Source: Alphaproteobacteria bacterium (lineage in GTDB: Bacteria; Pseudomonadota; Alphaproteobacteria; UBA828). Taken from it: a DNA stretch of 64,000 nucleotides. The DNA lies in assembly GCA_963422645.2 (NCBI GenBank), contig CAXXVO010000006.1:128001-192000 (forward strand), in the 5' to 3' direction. Under the pieces are notes generated by a model, which did not search any database, was not told the DNA's origin, and saw nothing but the letters and a program-made list of their open reading frames with translations. A program made the position numbers and the translations under genes. Each line of letters begins with the position of its first letter. The first letter of the stretch is position 1. Positions 61,439 through 64,000 of the stretch are shown here, piece after piece.

Positions 61439-61586
61439 GTAACTGCCCAGGTCGTCTGATTTGTCATTTTGGGCCAGTGGATTGAGGCGTTTCTCGTTCG
61501 GAGTTGGTGGAAAGGGCTTGACGGGAATTTCGGGAAATGACTCAACAACGACATGAGCAATCCCGAGTCGCCGCGCGGCCCTTCGA
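61439..61586 (+). mobile_element. IS66 copy 5, left 148 bp, interrupted by IS21
   Basis: Matches 16987 onward until CCCTTCGA. Confidence 0.92.
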
Positions 61587-61788
61587 TGTCAATCGGCTTT
61601 CAATACTGACCCCCGATCGGCGTGCAAAATTGACCCCCCTGAGTGGCACGGCGGAGGTTGTCCCGGTAGCCAATAGGGGGGACCCGCGCGGCTTCGTGTG
61701 GCGCCCTGCGCTACGCGGAGCGAAGCCGCGTGGGGGGTCCCTGTTGGCCCACCGGGGCAACCGGGCCGCAAGGGAGGCCGGCGGCGGG

Positions 61789-62517
61789 TCAGGAGCGGTT
61801 CTTGAAGCGCCAGCTCTCGTTGCCGGTCTCGATGATCTCGCAATGATGGGTGAGGCGATCGAGCAGCGCTGTGGTCATCTTGGGGTCGCCGAAGACGGAT
61901 GGCCATTCGCCGAAGGCGAGGTTTGTGGTGATGACGATCGAGGTGCGCTCGTAGAGCCGGCTCATCAGATGGAAGAGCAGCTGCCCACCGGCCTGGGCGA
62001 AGGGCAGGTAGCCGAGCTCGTCGAGGATGACGAAGTCGCGGCGGACGAGCTGGTCTGCAGTGCGGCCCTGGCGTCCGGCGCGAAGCTCGGCCTCGAGGAG
62101 GTTGACCAGGTCGACGACGTTGTAGCACCGGCCGCGCGCGCCCTTGCGGATGCAGGACCGCGCGATGGCGACGGCGAGATGGGTCTTGCCGGTACCGGTG
62201 CCGCCGACCAGCACGATGTTGCGTTTGCCCTCGAGGAAGCCGCCGCCGGCGAGCTCCTGGATCAGGGGCTCGTTGACCGGCGAGGCGGCGAAGTCGAAGT
62301 CGGCCAGCTCCTTGACCGTCGGCAGCTTGGCGGAGGCCATCTGGTACTTGATCGAGCGGGCCCTCTTGTCGGCGATCTCGACCTGCAGCAGCGTACCGAT
62401 GATCTGTTGCACCGGATGGCGGCGCTTGAGCCCGTCGGCAAGGATGTCGTCGTAAGCGGCGCGCATACCTGCGAGCTTCAGCTGGGTCATCATCTCCAGC
62501 ACATCATGACGCTCCAT
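61789..62517 (-). CDS. istB: IS21 helper ATPase
   Basis: [29 protein letters not shown]. Confidence 0.95.
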   Translation of the reverse strand: MERHDVLEMMTQLKLAGMRAAYDDILADGLKRRHPVQQIIGTLLQVEIADKRARSIKYQMASAKLPTVKELADFDFAASPVNEPLIQELAGGGFLEGKRNIVLVGGTGTGKTHLAVAIARSCIRKGARGRCYNVVDLVNLLEAELRAGRQGRTADQLVRRDFVILDELGYLPFAQAGGQLLFHLMSRLYERTSIVITTNLAFGEWPSVFGDPKMTTALLDRLTHHCEIIETGNESWRFKNRS

Positions 62518-64000
62518 GACCGGCCTCCCTCAGGCTGTCGTAGCGCTGACAGTCGGCTACCGGCTTGTGGCGAAGCTGCAGGCCCTCGGGCGTCGGGATG
62601 ATTGCCGGCGGTGCCGGCTGGCGCTGCCGGGCGAGGATGTTGAGCACCACGTCGGCGCTGCAGGCACCGCAGTCGAGCGTCTCGGCACAGGCCGCCTCAA
62701 CCGCCTCCAGTCCGTCCTCCAGCACCGCCGCGAGCACCTTGACGAACTGCCGGTCGCCGTCGTCGTGGCCCGCGAGCCGGGTTCGCAGGCGGCCGAGCGC
62801 GTTGGGCAACTGCCAGTCCTTGAAGGGCGCGCCATTGCGTAGCGCGCCGGGCTTCCGCGTCAGGATCGGCACGTAATGCCACGGATCGTAGACGAACCGG
62901 CCGCGCCCGAAGCTGCGGGGGTGCTCGGCAACGGTCTCGCCGTCCTGGCGGATGACGATCCGATCGGCATAGGCCCGCACGTCCACCGGCCGGCCGACGG
63001 CGCGGGCCGCGACGCTGTACTGGTTGTTGTCGAAGCGCACCAGACAGGTCTTCGAGACCGACACCTCGCTGGCATGGAAGCCGTCGAAGGGGCCGCGATA
63101 CGCCATCAGGAAGGGCTGCTCCTCCTCGAACACCTGCCACACCGTCTTGCCCGGGATTGTCGGATGCGGATGCTTCTTGGCGTCCTCGATGCACCGATCC
63201 ATCAGCCACTCGTTGATCTCGGCGTAGGAGCGGCCCCGCGGGATGGGCACGAACAGGCGGCCGCGAAGGTCACCCACCTGCTTCTCGACCTGCCCCTTCT
63301 CCCAGCCAGCCCCTGGCGTGCACGCCACAGGCTCCACCAGATGGTGCGAGCACAGCTCCTGGAAGCGGCGGTTGTAGTCCCGCTTCTTGCCCACGAAGAT
63401 CGTGCTCACCGCCGTCTTCATGTTGTCGTAGATGCCCCGCCGGCAGACCCCGCCGAAGAAGCGGAAGGCACGCTCGTGCGCCTCGAAGACCATCTCCTGG
63501 CTCTCGCGGGGAAAGATCTGGACCAGATACATCCGGCTGTGGCACAGCCGCATGTGCGCCGCCTTCACCCTGGTCGTCGCGCCCGACAGACGCGCGTACT
63601 CGTGGCTCCAGTCGAACTGGTAGGCCTCGCCGGGATCGAAGATCAGCGGCACATAGGCCTGCGCCGGCGACAACAGCCGCCACCGGCGCCGCCAGGCCCT
63701 GGCATAGCGGCGAACCGCGTCATAGCCGCCCTTGTAGCCCAGCGACACAAGGTCTTCATGAATCCGCAGAAGAGACAGCCGATCCTTGCGTGCCTTCTTC
63801 TCGTTGGCCTTCAGCTGGCGCTCAAGCTCCTCCACCCACAGCCCAAGCTTCGGCATCGGCTGGATCTTGCGCTCGTAGCTGTGCGAGGTCGCATCGCCCC
63901 GCACCACCTTGCGTATCGTGTTCTTGGAAACCCTCAAATCCCGGGCGAGCTTCTTGATCGGAACGCCCTTCACCAGATGATCCCGACGGATCTTCGCGAT
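62504..64000 (-). CDS. istA: IS21 transposase (true start just beyond the window)
   Basis: [32 protein letters not shown]; the frame stays open upstream (IAKIRRDHL). Confidence 0.95.
   Translation of the reverse strand: MAKIRRDHLVKGVPIKKLARDLRVSKNTIRKVVRGDATSHSYERKIQPMPKLGLWVEELERQLKANEKKARKDRLSLLRIHEDLVSLGYKGGYDAVRRYARAWRRRWRLLSPAQAYVPLIFDPGEAYQFDWSHEYARLSGATTRVKAAHMRLCHSRMYLVQIFPRESQEMVFEAHERAFRFFGGVCRRGIYDNMKTAVSTIFVGKKRDYNRRFQELCSHHLVEPVACTPGAGWEKGQVEKQVGDLRGRLFVPIPRGRSYAEINEWLMDRCIEDAKKHPHPTIPGKTVWQVFEEEQPFLMAYRGPFDGFHASEVSVSKTCLVRFDNNQYSVAARAVGRPVDVRAYADRIVIRQDGETVAEHPRSFGRGRFVYDPWHYVPILTRKPGALRNGAPFKDWQLPNALGRLRTRLAGHDDGDRQFVKVLAAVLEDGLEAVEAACAETLDCGACSADVVLNILARQRQPAPPAIIPTPEGLQLRHKPVADCQRYDSLREAGHGAS

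Larger units (their letters stand above)
61587..64000 (-). mobile_element. IS21-family element (runs off the window)
   Basis: TGTCAATCGG...TGACCCC...TGACCCC end; istA-istB gene pair. Confidence 0.92.

Overview
High-GC bacterial chromosome segment; gene order and repeat types suggest Alphaproteobacteria (inference). Housekeeping blocks: smc-dsbA-dciA-mutY with an inserted orphan DNA methyltransferase, guaA, mutS and phoR-pstCAB-phoU-phoB. A heavily rearranged accessory region follows guaA (about 14.1-30.6 kb). It holds three copies or fragments of one IS66-family element, a nested IS3, a strongly C-depleted tract, three MobC/RHH-like paralogues, a DUF1173-like nuclease, a broken relaxase-like remnant and the right end of what looks like a Mu-type transposable prophage. 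The prophage remnant is the most unusual part: a J-like tail-tip gene, two divergent tail-fibre cassettes in direct tandem bounded by repeats, a stand-alone QueC-like PP-loop gene as the last gene, then a Mu R1/R2-like terminus inserted into an IS66. Further right are sugar-ABC and redox/catabolic genes, an IS1595, an unclassified DDE element, two more IS66 fragments, a broken tyrosine integrase and an IS21. Three copies of a GANTC-bearing palindromic repeat occur. No CRISPR array, rRNA or tRNA was recognised. All calls come from reading motifs by eye; no database searches were run.
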